From: an uncultured Lachnospiraceae bacterium
GTDB lineage: Bacteria; Bacillota; Clostridia; Lachnospirales; Lachnospiraceae
Direction: 5' to 3'
NCBI GenBank assembly: GCA_934402515.1
Contig: CAKRTZ010000001.1
Coordinates: forward strand, 368-64,367
DNA length: 64,000 bases
Shown here: piece by piece, positions 53,073 to 62,824 of the stretch
How the letters are laid out: each line of letters begins with the position of its first letter
Position numbering within the stretch: the stretch's first letter is position 1
Translations under genes and position numbers: made by a program
Notes under the pieces: generated by a model
What the model was told of the DNA's origin: nothing
The model's input: the letters and a program-made list of their open reading frames with translations, nothing else
Database searches by the model: none

Positions 53073-55772
53073 TTATTCACAAGGAACCAGTTCTACGATT
53101 AACTGCTGTTCGTCCTGTCCCCAGCTTAAAATTTCTTTTCTGTCAATGCGGCAATTCTTTCCGTTCTCCTCAATGGTGCCTGTATGCTGTCCCTTCCTAT
53201 ATACACTGCCGATACGATAACTGCCATATTCTGCCTTAACTGCATTGTGGTAGGTTATCTGCAGCTTCTTTCCTGCAAAAGTGAAGGTTGCTGTGGCATC
53301 GCCGTCCTCATTAAACTGATCTGCCAACAGCTTCGGCTCTAAGACCAGATCACCCTGACATCCGCCGATACCATACATCTGGGAAAGAACGGTGTACAAA
53401 TACCAGCTTGCAGCGCCGGTAAGATACTGATAAACACCCTTACCACCCTGCTCAAAATACTCAGGAATACCTGGATACATTTTTCCCCGTTTTTCGTCAC
53501 TTGCCTGTTCATACAGAGTATGTAACGCCTTGTAGCCTTCCTTTACCAGACCTCTGCTGTAAAGGGCGTAAGCATACATCACGGTCATATGGGAAAACAC
53601 CGCACCGTTCTCTTTCTCGCCGTAAGCAAATCCGAACATGCGTCCCAGGTCCGTCTTTACCTCATGGAAATTTGTATTCAGGCGATAACCACCTGCCTGC
53701 TCATCATAAAGGTAAGCGTCCGCACTGTCCGCAATCGCTTTCGCCTGGTTTTCATCGGCGGTTTTATCCATAATCGCAAAGACCTGTCCGGTAAGCATCA
53801 TGCGGGTATCTCCGTCATGGTTTCCTTCCACCGGATTTCCGTGATTGTCATAGTAACTGTTAAACCAGCCATGACCGGCACCATCCTCTACCCATTCCTG
53901 TGTACGGATATGTCCTCTCATCCAGTCTGCTTTTTCCTGCAGGCTGGCAATACATTCTTCGATACCCAGTGCAGCCTGTTTCGTCTCCCCTGCGGTTTCT
54001 GTCACACAGTTTTCTAAGAAACTCTGTAAAAGCTCATGTTTTTTCTCCACGCTGTCGTAAAGATCCGCACCCATGTTAAACAGCGGTATCATACGTTCTG
54101 CCACAACAATGGAGTTGATTCCCCGCTCTTTGGCAATGCGAAGCAGCCCCGCCAGATCCTCAAGATTCTGTGCATAGGCATTGGTAAATGCTACGCTCTC
54201 ACCTTTTTCTTTTGCCATATCCAATGCATCATTCCAGTCTGCTCCACGGAGACGGATGATATTATGTTCGCCCACATCATAAAAAGCGGTAAGGTTCTGC
54301 AATAACAGATGCTCCAGTACTGTTCCGGTATGTTTCTTTTCTGCTTTTGCCTCCCAGTCCTCATCCGTGGCTTCTCCACGCATTACCTGTTTATCCAGGA
54401 AATAGGGGGCTTCTTTCCAAAGCAGGTCATAATCTCCGGTTTCATCCAGATACAGTTTAGTGGTAATGCAGGGCCATACTCCGTGATCCATCCACACACG
54501 GGTAATATTGTTACGGTCTGCAATAAATTCTCCGGGTTTGCTTCCGATAATGGTAGCATTGGTTCCATCCGGACGTACACCGCCGAAATTCTGATATAAC
54601 AGTTCTCCCACCGGCTCCGGGTCCATAAGAAGAAGGGCAAGGCAGTCCTGCCACAGATCCCTCCATCCTCTTCCCCCTTTTCCATAATCGTGATGAGGCA
54701 GGAAAGAGCATCCGAAAATGCGGCGGAGTGTAGGCTGGAAACTAACCCATTTCATCCAACGGTCGAAGTTGGAATCGCCACTCTTCACAGCGATGTTGAC
54801 ACAGCTGTTCCAATATTTCTTTGACTCCTCGAACGCCTTTTCCACCTCACTCAGTTTCTGGTAGCGCTTTGCAAAATCTGCAGGGTTCACACCTCTGTCT
54901 ACCGCTCCAAATACCAGAATATAAGTTTTCTCTTCATCCGGAGCCAGCGTGCATTCACGGAAACGGAAAGCACCCATTGCCTCACGGCCTGCTCTTTTGG
55001 TTTCTGCCGCTACTCCCGGCAGATTCTGGATAACGCTGCAGGGTCTCTCAAAATCACCGCCCTCGCCAATATACTCTTCCAAGGTAGGGAAGAAACTTTC
55101 AGGTAAAACACCATCCTCTTCATAGCCGTAAACAAAGTAAGTGGTATCTGCCAGCTTATGTCCTCTTTCATCAAAGGAAAGGGTAGGTTCTACCTCCACG
55201 CCCTCCGGCACCACGTTGATGCGGTGTAACAGGGATGTCACATGTCTATGGTCACGGAGATTGTCTGCACTTCTTCCAAAAATAGGAATTGCTGCAGTAG
55301 GAACAAAGGTCACTCTCTGTTTTCCTGTGTTTTTCACAGTCACAGTAATGATCTCTGCGTTCACATCCATTGCCGCAAAGATTCTAGTCTGGGCCGACAG
55401 CTGATATTTCACGGACTCACGGTATACGGTATGCCACAAAAATCCGGCTTCCACCGCACTCTTGTCCTGCAGATTCGTGAATCGTTTGGAGGCTTCCTCT
55501 GCAGATGCTCCACAGACAGACCAGCTTCCGATTCCCTTTATATAGCACCAGAAGTTACGGCCGGTACGCTTGTTCTGTAAATCCATAATGCTGGCCGGCT
55601 CCAACAGGAAATGATTCTGATCCAGTTTGGCATCTCCTGTCATAGAAGGAGTCACTGCACTTTTAAGTCCCAGTTCATTTGCAATAGGGAAATACAAACC
55701 ACTGGTTTGTTCCGGATTCTCCAAACGGAAAGAACCCTGCTCATCCATATACCTGATCTTTTCCATATTCAT
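53073..55772 (-). CDS. GH94-type glycoside phosphorylase (cellobiose/laminaribiose/chitobiose phosphorylase family)
   Basis: 899 aa, cytoplasmic. Contains RGADWNDALD (WxD catalytic acid context) and YLTGAASWYLYTV. The size falls in the GH94 range. Confidence 0.7.
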   Translation of the reverse strand: MNMEKIRYMDEQGSFRLENPEQTSGLYFPIANELGLKSAVTPSMTGDAKLDQNHFLLEPASIMDLQNKRTGRNFWCYIKGIGSWSVCGASAEEASKRFTNLQDKSAVEAGFLWHTVYRESVKYQLSAQTRIFAAMDVNAEIITVTVKNTGKQRVTFVPTAAIPIFGRSADNLRDHRHVTSLLHRINVVPEGVEVEPTLSFDERGHKLADTTYFVYGYEEDGVLPESFFPTLEEYIGEGGDFERPCSVIQNLPGVAAETKRAGREAMGAFRFRECTLAPDEEKTYILVFGAVDRGVNPADFAKRYQKLSEVEKAFEESKKYWNSCVNIAVKSGDSNFDRWMKWVSFQPTLRRIFGCSFLPHHDYGKGGRGWRDLWQDCLALLLMDPEPVGELLYQNFGGVRPDGTNATIIGSKPGEFIADRNNITRVWMDHGVWPCITTKLYLDETGDYDLLWKEAPYFLDKQVMRGEATDEDWEAKAEKKHTGTVLEHLLLQNLTAFYDVGEHNIIRLRGADWNDALDMAKEKGESVAFTNAYAQNLEDLAGLLRIAKERGINSIVVAERMIPLFNMGADLYDSVEKKHELLQSFLENCVTETAGETKQAALGIEECIASLQEKADWMRGHIRTQEWVEDGAGHGWFNSYYDNHGNPVEGNHDGDTRMMLTGQVFAIMDKTADENQAKAIADSADAYLYDEQAGGYRLNTNFHEVKTDLGRMFGFAYGEKENGAVFSHMTVMYAYALYSRGLVKEGYKALHTLYEQASDEKRGKMYPGIPEYFEQGGKGVYQYLTGAASWYLYTVLSQMYGIGGCQGDLVLEPKLLADQFNEDGDATATFTFAGKKLQITYHNAVKAEYGSYRIGSVYRKGQHTGTIEENGKNCRIDRKEILSWGQDEQQLIVELVPCE

Positions 55773-55789
55773 CCCATCCTTTTCTTTGT

Positions 55790-55821
55790 ATAACGGTGTT
55801 AACCATGGGTGACACCGTTAT
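55790..55821 (-). other. 10-bp hairpin/palindrome at the 5' end of the phosphorylase operon leader
   Basis: ATAACGGTGT / ACACCGTTAT with a 12-nt loop containing CCATGG. It lies 18 nt upstream of the start codon and downstream of a TATAAT on the minus strand. Confidence 0.4.
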
Positions 55822-55873
55822 CATAGTATCATCATTATATTCCCATGGTATAAAAAACGGGTGACATAAAAAA

Positions 55874-55897
55874 GACACCTTTTTTTCAAAAGGTGTC
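55874..55897 (-). terminator. Intrinsic terminator after gpsA
   Basis: GACACCTTTT / AAAAGGTGTC stem. On the minus strand it is followed by TTTTTT. Confidence 0.65.
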
Positions 55898-55925
55898 ATA
55901 ATTTCATTTACTTATGGAATTGGAT

Positions 55926-56936
55926 TTATTCTTCCCAGTCCACACCAGGATTTTCGATTTTCTTATCCCGCAGCATCAGTTCTTTCACGGCAATATCTGC
56001 TTTCTTGTCCTCGAAGAGAACCTGATTCACCTGCTCGATAATAGGCATTTCAATATGGTACTCTCTGGCAAGTCCCATGGCTGCTTTGGCAGAGTACACA
56101 CCCTCCACCACCATCTGTACCTCATCCATGGCCTCCTGCATGGTTTTGCCCTGTCCAATGAGGATTCCGGCTCTGCGGTTTCTGGAATGCATGCTGGCGC
56201 AGGTTACGATCAAGTCACCGATTCCGGTAAGTCCATAGAAAGTCTCCGGTTTTCCACCCATAGCCATGCCCAGTCTGGCGATTTCATGAATGCCTCTGGT
56301 GATTAAGGCTGCCTTGGTGTTATCTCCATATCCCAGCCCGTCTGCAATACCCGCAGCCAAAGCCACCACATTTTTCAAAGAACCGCCCAGTTCAATGCCC
56401 AGCACATCCGCACTGGTATACACCCGGAACACATCGCTCATGAAATAATTTTGCAGCGTTTCCGCCACCTTGCGGCTGTGTGCTCCCACTACAATACTGG
56501 TGGGAAGTCCCCGGCTTACCTCCTCCGCATGGGAAGGACCGGACAAAACTGCCACCTGTGCCTGAGGGATCTCCTGTTCAATAATCTCCGACAGAGTCAT
56601 GTAGGTGCCGTCCTCGATACCCTTTGCCACATTGACAATCATCTGTCCTTCTGCCACCAGAGGGGCCAGGCGTTTCGCCGTCACTCTGGTGTAAGCACTC
56701 GCCACCGCCATCACCAGTAAGTCCATGCCTTCCACACCCCGGGCATCCTCTGTGGTGTATACAATGTCCTCCGGCAGTTTCACGCCGGGAAGCATTTTAT
56801 GCTCATGATGCTCTTTTAAATATGCAATCTCCTGGGGAATGGCAGACCATACGGTTACCTGATGACCGTTCTTATGTAACAGGACTGCCAGACCAATGCC
56901 CCAGCTTCCTCCACCTAATATCGAGATCTTTGCCAC
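55926..56936 (-). CDS. gpsA: NAD(P)H-dependent glycerol-3-phosphate dehydrogenase
   Basis: N-terminal ISILGGGSWG motif, 336 aa. Sits in the der-plsY-gpsA synteny. Confidence 0.95.
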   Translation of the reverse strand: MAKISILGGGSWGIGLAVLLHKNGHQVTVWSAIPQEIAYLKEHHEHKMLPGVKLPEDIVYTTEDARGVEGMDLLVMAVASAYTRVTAKRLAPLVAEGQMIVNVAKGIEDGTYMTLSEIIEQEIPQAQVAVLSGPSHAEEVSRGLPTSIVVGAHSRKVAETLQNYFMSDVFRVYTSADVLGIELGGSLKNVVALAAGIADGLGYGDNTKAALITRGIHEIARLGMAMGGKPETFYGLTGIGDLIVTCASMHSRNRRAGILIGQGKTMQEAMDEVQMVVEGVYSAKAAMGLAREYHIEMPIIEQVNQVLFEDKKADIAVKELMLRDKKIENPGVDWEE

Positions 56937-56941
56937 TGTTT

Positions 56942-57592
56942 TTACTCCTTGTTCTTCTTAAATAGATAGGTCTTGCGCTCCTCATGTTTCCAAAGCCGCA
57001 CAATATTGGCACGGTGCTGATAATAAGCAAGGGCTGCCAGTGCAATGCCAATGATGTACATTTCAATAAGCTGTGCCTGGGTCATCGCTCCCAGAATTCC
57101 CAGCTGTCCACTGATGATCAGCTGGATTACAAATCCGGCATACACCAGGAGGGAGCCTAAGGATACATAGTGGGTGGTGAGGAAAATACCGAAAAACAAA
57201 ATCACGCCCACGGGAATAAAGGTGGGATGAAAGGACAGAATCAGGCCAGCGGTGGCTGCAATTCCCTTTCCTCCCTTGAAATTCATATAGAAAGGAAAAT
57301 CGTGAGCCAGAATCACTCCTGCAGCTGCATACATTTTCAGCAGATAAATGGTTTCCGGATGGGATCCTTTAAATAACGCTGTCACAATTGCCAGTGCCAC
57401 CATGCATTTGGCAATGTCTCCCACCAGTACAATAAGTCCTGCCTTGGTTCCAAAAACACGAAGAGTATTGGTTGTCCCTGCATTACCGCTGCCGTGCTGC
57501 CTGATATCGATGCCATGCATCTTACCATAGATATATGCTGTCTGGATCAATCCGAATGCATAACCGATTAAAAAACTGTAAAGTCGTTCCAC
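56942..57592 (-). CDS. plsY: Glycerol-3-phosphate acyltransferase PlsY
   Basis: 216 aa membrane protein with HGSGNAGTTNTLR and KGGKGIA. Confidence 0.9.
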   Translation of the reverse strand: MERLYSFLIGYAFGLIQTAYIYGKMHGIDIRQHGSGNAGTTNTLRVFGTKAGLIVLVGDIAKCMVALAIVTALFKGSHPETIYLLKMYAAAGVILAHDFPFYMNFKGGKGIAATAGLILSFHPTFIPVGVILFFGIFLTTHYVSLGSLLVYAGFVIQLIISGQLGILGAMTQAQLIEMYIIGIALAALAYYQHRANIVRLWKHEERKTYLFKKNKE

Positions 57593-57594
57593 GT

Positions 57595-58932
57595 CTATTC
57601 ATTTTCCTTTCTCTCGCGAATAATAAATTTCAGGGGTGTTCCCTGGAATCCAAAAGCTTCACGAATCTGGTTTTCAATATATCTGGTGTAGGAAAAGTGC
57701 ATCAGTTCCTTGTCGTTGACAAAAATGACGAAGGTAGGTGGTTTCACTGCAACCTGGGTAATGTAGTACAGGCGCAGGCGTTTGCCCTTGTCGGTGGGTG
57801 GCTGCTGCATTGCCACCGCCTCGGACATAATCTCGTTGAGGACACCGGTCTGTACGCGCATGGCATGATTCTCACTGACGGCTTCGATCAGATCAAAAAG
57901 TTTCGGCAGACGCTGCCCGGTCTGTGCAGAAATAAACAGGATCTCCGCATAGGGCATAAAGGAAAGTGTCTGACGCACCTTAGCAGAAAACTTATTCACG
58001 GTTTTGTTATTTTTCTCCACCGCATCCCACTTGTTTACTGCAATGATCATGGCTTTGCCACGCTCATGGGCAATTCCTGCAATCTTCGCATCCTGTTCGG
58101 TAACTCCTTCCACCGCATCAATGAGGAGTACCACTACATCGGCACGCTCCACAGCGGAGACCGTGCGGACGATCATAAAATGCTCCAGTTCTTCTTTAAT
58201 TTTATTTTTGCGGCGCAGTCCTGCGGTATCGATAAACACATATTCTTTGCCATTGTGACGGATTTCCGTATCCACCGCATCTCTGGTAGTTCCGGCGATA
58301 TCAGACACAATGAGGCGGTTTTCTCCCAGCAGTTTATTGATGAGGGAGGACTTCCCTACGTTTGGCTTTCCTACGATAGCCACACGAATCCGGTCGTCAT
58401 CTTCCTCCTCTCCTGCATACTCCGGGAAATGCTCCAGCACTGCATCCAGCATATCTCCCAGTCCCAGACGGTTCACGGAAGAAATGGGATAAGGTTCACC
58501 GATTCCCAGATTGTAAAACTCATACACATCCGGCATCAGCTTATCAAAGTTGTCCACTTTATTGACTACCAGCACCACCGGTTTGTGGGAGCGTCTTAGC
58601 ATGTCCGCTACTTTTGCATCTGCATCCACCAGTCCCTGTTTCACATCCACCATGAACATAATCACATCTGCGGTATCAATGGCAATCTGTGCCTGCTCCC
58701 GCATCTGGGATAAAATGATATCGTTGGAATCCGGCTCGATACCGCCGGTGTCAATCAGGGTAAAAGTGCGGTCCAGCCAGTTGACATCCGCATAAATACG
58801 GTCTCTGGTAATGCCCGGTGTGTCTTTTACAATTGCTATTCTTTCACCTGCCAGCACGTTAAACAGGGTGGATTTTCCCACATTGGGACGTCCCACTACT
58901 GCTACGATGGGTTTGGTTTTTTTCTTTGCCAT
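57595..58932 (-). CDS. der: Ribosome biogenesis GTPase Der (EngA)
   Basis: Two G domains ([12 protein letters not shown] and [12 protein letters not shown]) plus a C-terminal KH-like domain. Confidence 0.95.
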   Translation of the reverse strand: MAKKKTKPIVAVVGRPNVGKSTLFNVLAGERIAIVKDTPGITRDRIYADVNWLDRTFTLIDTGGIEPDSNDIILSQMREQAQIAIDTADVIMFMVDVKQGLVDADAKVADMLRRSHKPVVLVVNKVDNFDKLMPDVYEFYNLGIGEPYPISSVNRLGLGDMLDAVLEHFPEYAGEEEDDDRIRVAIVGKPNVGKSSLINKLLGENRLIVSDIAGTTRDAVDTEIRHNGKEYVFIDTAGLRRKNKIKEELEHFMIVRTVSAVERADVVVLLIDAVEGVTEQDAKIAGIAHERGKAMIIAVNKWDAVEKNNKTVNKFSAKVRQTLSFMPYAEILFISAQTGQRLPKLFDLIEAVSENHAMRVQTGVLNEIMSEAVAMQQPPTDKGKRLRLYYITQVAVKPPTFVIFVNDKELMHFSYTRYIENQIREAFGFQGTPLKFIIRERKENE

Positions 58933-59013
58933 AGTTATCTCCCTCTTTTTTACAAGGTTCTTTTAATTTTAGCTTATTTCAAAAATGTTGTAAAGAAGAA
59001 TCACGGATTATTC

Positions 59014-59042
59014 TTGACGCATGCCCTGTCGAATGATATAAA
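59014..59042 (+). promoter_or_regulatory. Candidate sigma-A promoter for the prs-family gene
   Basis: TTGACG, a 17-nt spacer, then TATAAA. A second TATAAT lies at 59049-59054. Confidence 0.45.
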
Positions 59043-59089
59043 ATGTAGTATAATATCTTTACTTATATTTTACCGTACCGGAGGCCATT

Positions 59090-60262
59090 ATGCCAAATTT
59101 AACTCAACTCGAACAGGCAATTCCCGTTGCACCATTAAAGATTGTAGCGTTGGATTCCGCCCGTGATCTTGGAAACAAAATCAACGACTATCTTGTAGAT
59201 TTCCGTAAAGCAGTGAGACATCGTGCTAAAAGTGATCCCGCTTTCCATGGTTATATCGAAGATACCTATCTCTTAGACTTCAAGGAGCCTCGTTTCGGCT
59301 CCGGCGAAGCAAAAGTGGAATTATCCGAGTCTATCCGAGGTAAGGATCTCTTTATTCTTCTGGATGTATGCAACCATAGCGTTACCTACAACATGCACGG
59401 CTACACCAACCACAAATCTCCCGATGACCATTATCAGGACTTAAAACGTGTCATCGCTGCGGCAAACGGCAAAGCACACCGTATCAATGTTATCATGCCT
59501 TTCATGTACGAGGGCAGACAGCATAAAAGAAGCGGCCGTGAATCTCTGGACTGTGCCTATGCATTAGAAGAACTTTCCCTGATGGGCATGGACAACTTCA
59601 TCACCTTTGATGCCCATGACCCCAGAGTACAGAACTCCACTCCCCTCTGTGGATTCGACAATTTTTCTCCCAACTACCAGTTCGCACGTACTCTTCTGGA
59701 GCATGTTCCGAACCTTCATATCGATAAAGAACATCTGGTTGTCATCAGTCCCGATGAAGGCGCATTAGACCGCAGCATCTACTTTGCAAACGTGCTGGGT
59801 GTCAACACCGGTATGTTCTACAAACGCCGTGATTACGCTACCATCGTAAACGGTAAAAATCCCATCGTTGCCCATGAATTTCTTGGTGATAAACTGGAGG
59901 GCAAAGATGTTATCATTATCGATGATATGATTTCTTCCGGCGGCAGTATGCTGGATACCTCCAAACAGTTAAAGGAAATGGGTGCCGGACGGGTATTCAT
60001 CTGCTGTACTTTCGGTCTCTTCACCGATGGACTGGATGCTTTCGACAAAGCTTATGCAAACGGCGACTTCGACCGCATTATCACCACCAATCTGACTTAC
60101 CAGATTCCGGGACTAAAGGACCGCGAGTACTATATCGAGGCCGATATGAGCAAATTCATTGCTTCCATCATTGACTTCATGAATCATGATGTATCTCTGG
60201 AGGGTGTCAGAACACCTACCAGCAAGATCAATGAAATTCTGGAAGCCTATCAGAATAAATAA
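59090..60262 (+). CDS. Ribose-phosphate pyrophosphokinase-family protein (long, divergent form)
   Basis: 390 aa. A PRT-type motif DVIIIDDMISSGGS and FDAHDPRVQN correspond to the Prs DLHA-x-QIQGFF region. Insertions in the N-terminal half make it longer than the classical form of about 315 aa. Confidence 0.75.
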   Translation: MPNLTQLEQAIPVAPLKIVALDSARDLGNKINDYLVDFRKAVRHRAKSDPAFHGYIEDTYLLDFKEPRFGSGEAKVELSESIRGKDLFILLDVCNHSVTYNMHGYTNHKSPDDHYQDLKRVIAAANGKAHRINVIMPFMYEGRQHKRSGRESLDCAYALEELSLMGMDNFITFDAHDPRVQNSTPLCGFDNFSPNYQFARTLLEHVPNLHIDKEHLVVISPDEGALDRSIYFANVLGVNTGMFYKRRDYATIVNGKNPIVAHEFLGDKLEGKDVIIIDDMISSGGSMLDTSKQLKEMGAGRVFICCTFGLFTDGLDAFDKAYANGDFDRIITTNLTYQIPGLKDREYYIEADMSKFIASIIDFMNHDVSLEGVRTPTSKINEILEAYQNK

Positions 60263-60271
60263 AAAACAGCA

Positions 60272-60306
60272 AAATGCCGTACCTCTTCTTTGCAGGTACG
60301 GCATTT
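60272..60306. terminator. Bidirectional terminator between the convergent prs-family and kinase genes
   Basis: AAATGCCGTACCT / AGGTACGGCATTT is a 13-bp stem. T-tracts lie on both strands. Confidence 0.65.
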
Positions 60307-60309
60307 CTT

Positions 60310-62823
60310 TTATACTTCTTTCTGTTCCGCAGTTTCCGGTGTCCAAAGGGGGAATGTGAGCATAACCTTAAACAGATCTCCGTCTAAATAAATCCGGAAA
60401 TCTCCCCCCTGCAGTTTTGTCAGATCCTTTGCGATGGAAAGTCCCAGACCGCTTCCCTCGGTACTTCTGGATACATCTCCCCTGATAAAGCGCTCTGTCA
60501 GCTGGTCCGCATCAATATTTAACGGCTGTGCAGAAATATTTTTCACAAGCACTTCAACTTTTTCCTGTCCTGTTCCCTCTCCGTGAAGCACGTTAATGTC
60601 CACATATACTCTTGTGTTAGGCATGGCATATTTATAAATATTATTAAAAAGATTTTCCACCACCCGCCAGATGCGCCTGCTGTCTGCCCAGATATATAAC
60701 CCGGACTGTTCGAAGGTTGCAACTACCTGCAAACCTTTCTCTTCGAATTTTTCTGCAAACTCTCCAATGGTCTGATTCAACAATTCCACAAGATTGATTT
60801 TCCCACAAATCAAGTTGATATTTCCGGAAGAAACCTTGGAAGCCTCCACCAGATCCTCCGTCAGCGTTTTTAAACGCTGGGATTTCTGATCCAGAATCTC
60901 CACATATCCCTGAATCTTTTCATTATCAATCTGTTCTCTTTTGATCAGATTTACATAATTGATAATGGAAGTTAACGGCGTTTTTAAATCATGGGATACG
61001 TTCGTTATTAAATCTGCCTTTAATCTTTCATCTTTGATACTGGTTTCCACCGCGCTGCGAATTCCTTCTCCGATGTGGTTTACTGCTGTCGCCAGTTTCA
61101 AATTACCTCCATGCATATCCCGGGTATCTATCTGGTACTGCAATTCACCGTCACAGATTCGCTGGATTCCTCCGATAATCTTCTCCCGGTCCATATTCGT
61201 CCGGATCACATAATATACCATCAGTCCGTCAATCAGAAAGAGTCCCAGAATGGCACTCATCTGCACATCGTTGCGGCTGCTCTTCATGAAGAAATAAATT
61301 CCCATAAAGTTTACAAAAAAGGTAAACACACAGGGAAACAAGGTCCGCATAATAGCCGGGCTGTGGTCAAAGAACAAAAGCAACAGATGACCTGTCCACC
61401 GAAGAAATCTGCCGCCTGCCTTTCCGATCCCTTTACACAGGAAATGGAGTACACTGTTTCTCCACAGTTCCCCCGCCTTGCTTCTCCTCACTATGCTATA
61501 GAAAAGAGATAGCAGTAAAAAGCTTCCCGCACCGGATAACAGCACACTGCTCCAGATAATTTCACTGCTGCCGATCCGCAGTCCCTGCTGTAGCTGCAGG
61601 GCATACCGGGCGCTATAGCCAACAGCCGCCATTCCCACTGCCTCCAACAGCAGAAATACTTCTGTAGGCACCCGGTCAACCAGCCGAAGGGATTCTTTTC
61701 CGCAGCCCTGTTCTTTGATCTGTCGAAGGGTGAGATAAATCAGTAATGCCACATACAACACTGTTGCTGCCACTGCCGTTCCCACCAGATACCACCACAC
61801 CGGCAATACCTTGTGATAGGTCGCCAATGCCTGCGTATAGGCATCCGAAACGGGATAGCTGGTATCCACTGCCATCCATACCTTGGTTTCCTCCGGGTAA
61901 GCATACTCATAGGTATGCAGCACCTGCTGAACATAGGATTCCTCAATCCAGGTATTGGTTTCGTAAGTCATCTCTGCAGGATAATAATATAAATAACGCC
62001 CGTTTTTTTCAAATTGTTCGGTGATATTGGAATCCTTCAGTCCTTTAATCTTGACATTGGAAAGATAAACCGGTTCGCCGTCCACTATCATGCGGATGCA
62101 GTATCGGAAGTTGGAATGGCTCTGGTCAAAATAATCTGCCTCGTCCAGGTACTCCTCATAGTTGTAATACAGTTCTGTGGCAGCCTGCTCAATATTTTTG
62201 CAAAGTTGTTCATACTCTGTCTGGTTACTTACCAGTTCCTGGATCTCTTTTCCGTCCACAGTCAGATAGCGGCAGGTCAATACCTCCAGATATACGTTGC
62301 TGGGCTCTGCTTCATATAGCTCCGCCATATCTGCCGTGACCGCAGACTCCTCCGCTAACACCTGTTCTGACTCTGCATAAGTGGGCACATCCGCATAAAA
62401 TGTATTCTCATCTACGATCACATAGTTGCGCTCGAACCCGAATTTTTTCCATTTCAGAAGATCCTCCAGATAATATCTAGCCGTTACATACTGCTCCGGA
62501 AGGCTTCCTGCCCGGTTCACATAAGCTGTCACATCAATGACTTTTTCCGGATCGTAGACCCCCTTGGTTTCCATCTGGCTGCGGATCACTGCAATGCGCG
62601 CCGCATCTGCGATATTGCTGGAAAGTATATCTCTGAAAATATAAGATTCCTCGTAATTACTGCTGTCCACATTCCATGGTGTCACCAGATAGCTTGTGGT
62701 GGATTTCATCATGGACACCTGTACGGAGGAACCTACAATTAAAATAGAGATGCAGGCTGCCGCCAGCATTGCCAGCCAGTGCTGGCACCAGATCAACAGT
62801 CTGCGTTTTCTCCCGTTCTTCAT
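60310..62823 (-). CDS. Sensor histidine kinase with a large N-terminal extracytoplasmic/membrane region
   Basis: 837 aa. H-box VSHDLKTPLTSI, N-box NLFNNIYKYA and G-box GSGLGLSIAKD. Confidence 0.85.
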   Translation of the reverse strand: MKNGRKRRLLIWCQHWLAMLAAACISILIVGSSVQVSMMKSTTSYLVTPWNVDSSNYEESYIFRDILSSNIADAARIAVIRSQMETKGVYDPEKVIDVTAYVNRAGSLPEQYVTARYYLEDLLKWKKFGFERNYVIVDENTFYADVPTYAESEQVLAEESAVTADMAELYEAEPSNVYLEVLTCRYLTVDGKEIQELVSNQTEYEQLCKNIEQAATELYYNYEEYLDEADYFDQSHSNFRYCIRMIVDGEPVYLSNVKIKGLKDSNITEQFEKNGRYLYYYPAEMTYETNTWIEESYVQQVLHTYEYAYPEETKVWMAVDTSYPVSDAYTQALATYHKVLPVWWYLVGTAVAATVLYVALLIYLTLRQIKEQGCGKESLRLVDRVPTEVFLLLEAVGMAAVGYSARYALQLQQGLRIGSSEIIWSSVLLSGAGSFLLLSLFYSIVRRSKAGELWRNSVLHFLCKGIGKAGGRFLRWTGHLLLLFFDHSPAIMRTLFPCVFTFFVNFMGIYFFMKSSRNDVQMSAILGLFLIDGLMVYYVIRTNMDREKIIGGIQRICDGELQYQIDTRDMHGGNLKLATAVNHIGEGIRSAVETSIKDERLKADLITNVSHDLKTPLTSIINYVNLIKREQIDNEKIQGYVEILDQKSQRLKTLTEDLVEASKVSSGNINLICGKINLVELLNQTIGEFAEKFEEKGLQVVATFEQSGLYIWADSRRIWRVVENLFNNIYKYAMPNTRVYVDINVLHGEGTGQEKVEVLVKNISAQPLNIDADQLTERFIRGDVSRSTEGSGLGLSIAKDLTKLQGGDFRIYLDGDLFKVMLTFPLWTPETAEQKEV

Positions 62824-62824
62824 G

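Noticed and set aside
57535-58599. 354-aa plus-strand ORF
   Set aside because: It lies entirely antisense to der/plsY, which have unmistakable GTPase and PlsY motifs. Its translation is low-complexity, rich in His, Cys, Arg and Leu, with no start context. It is a shadow ORF.
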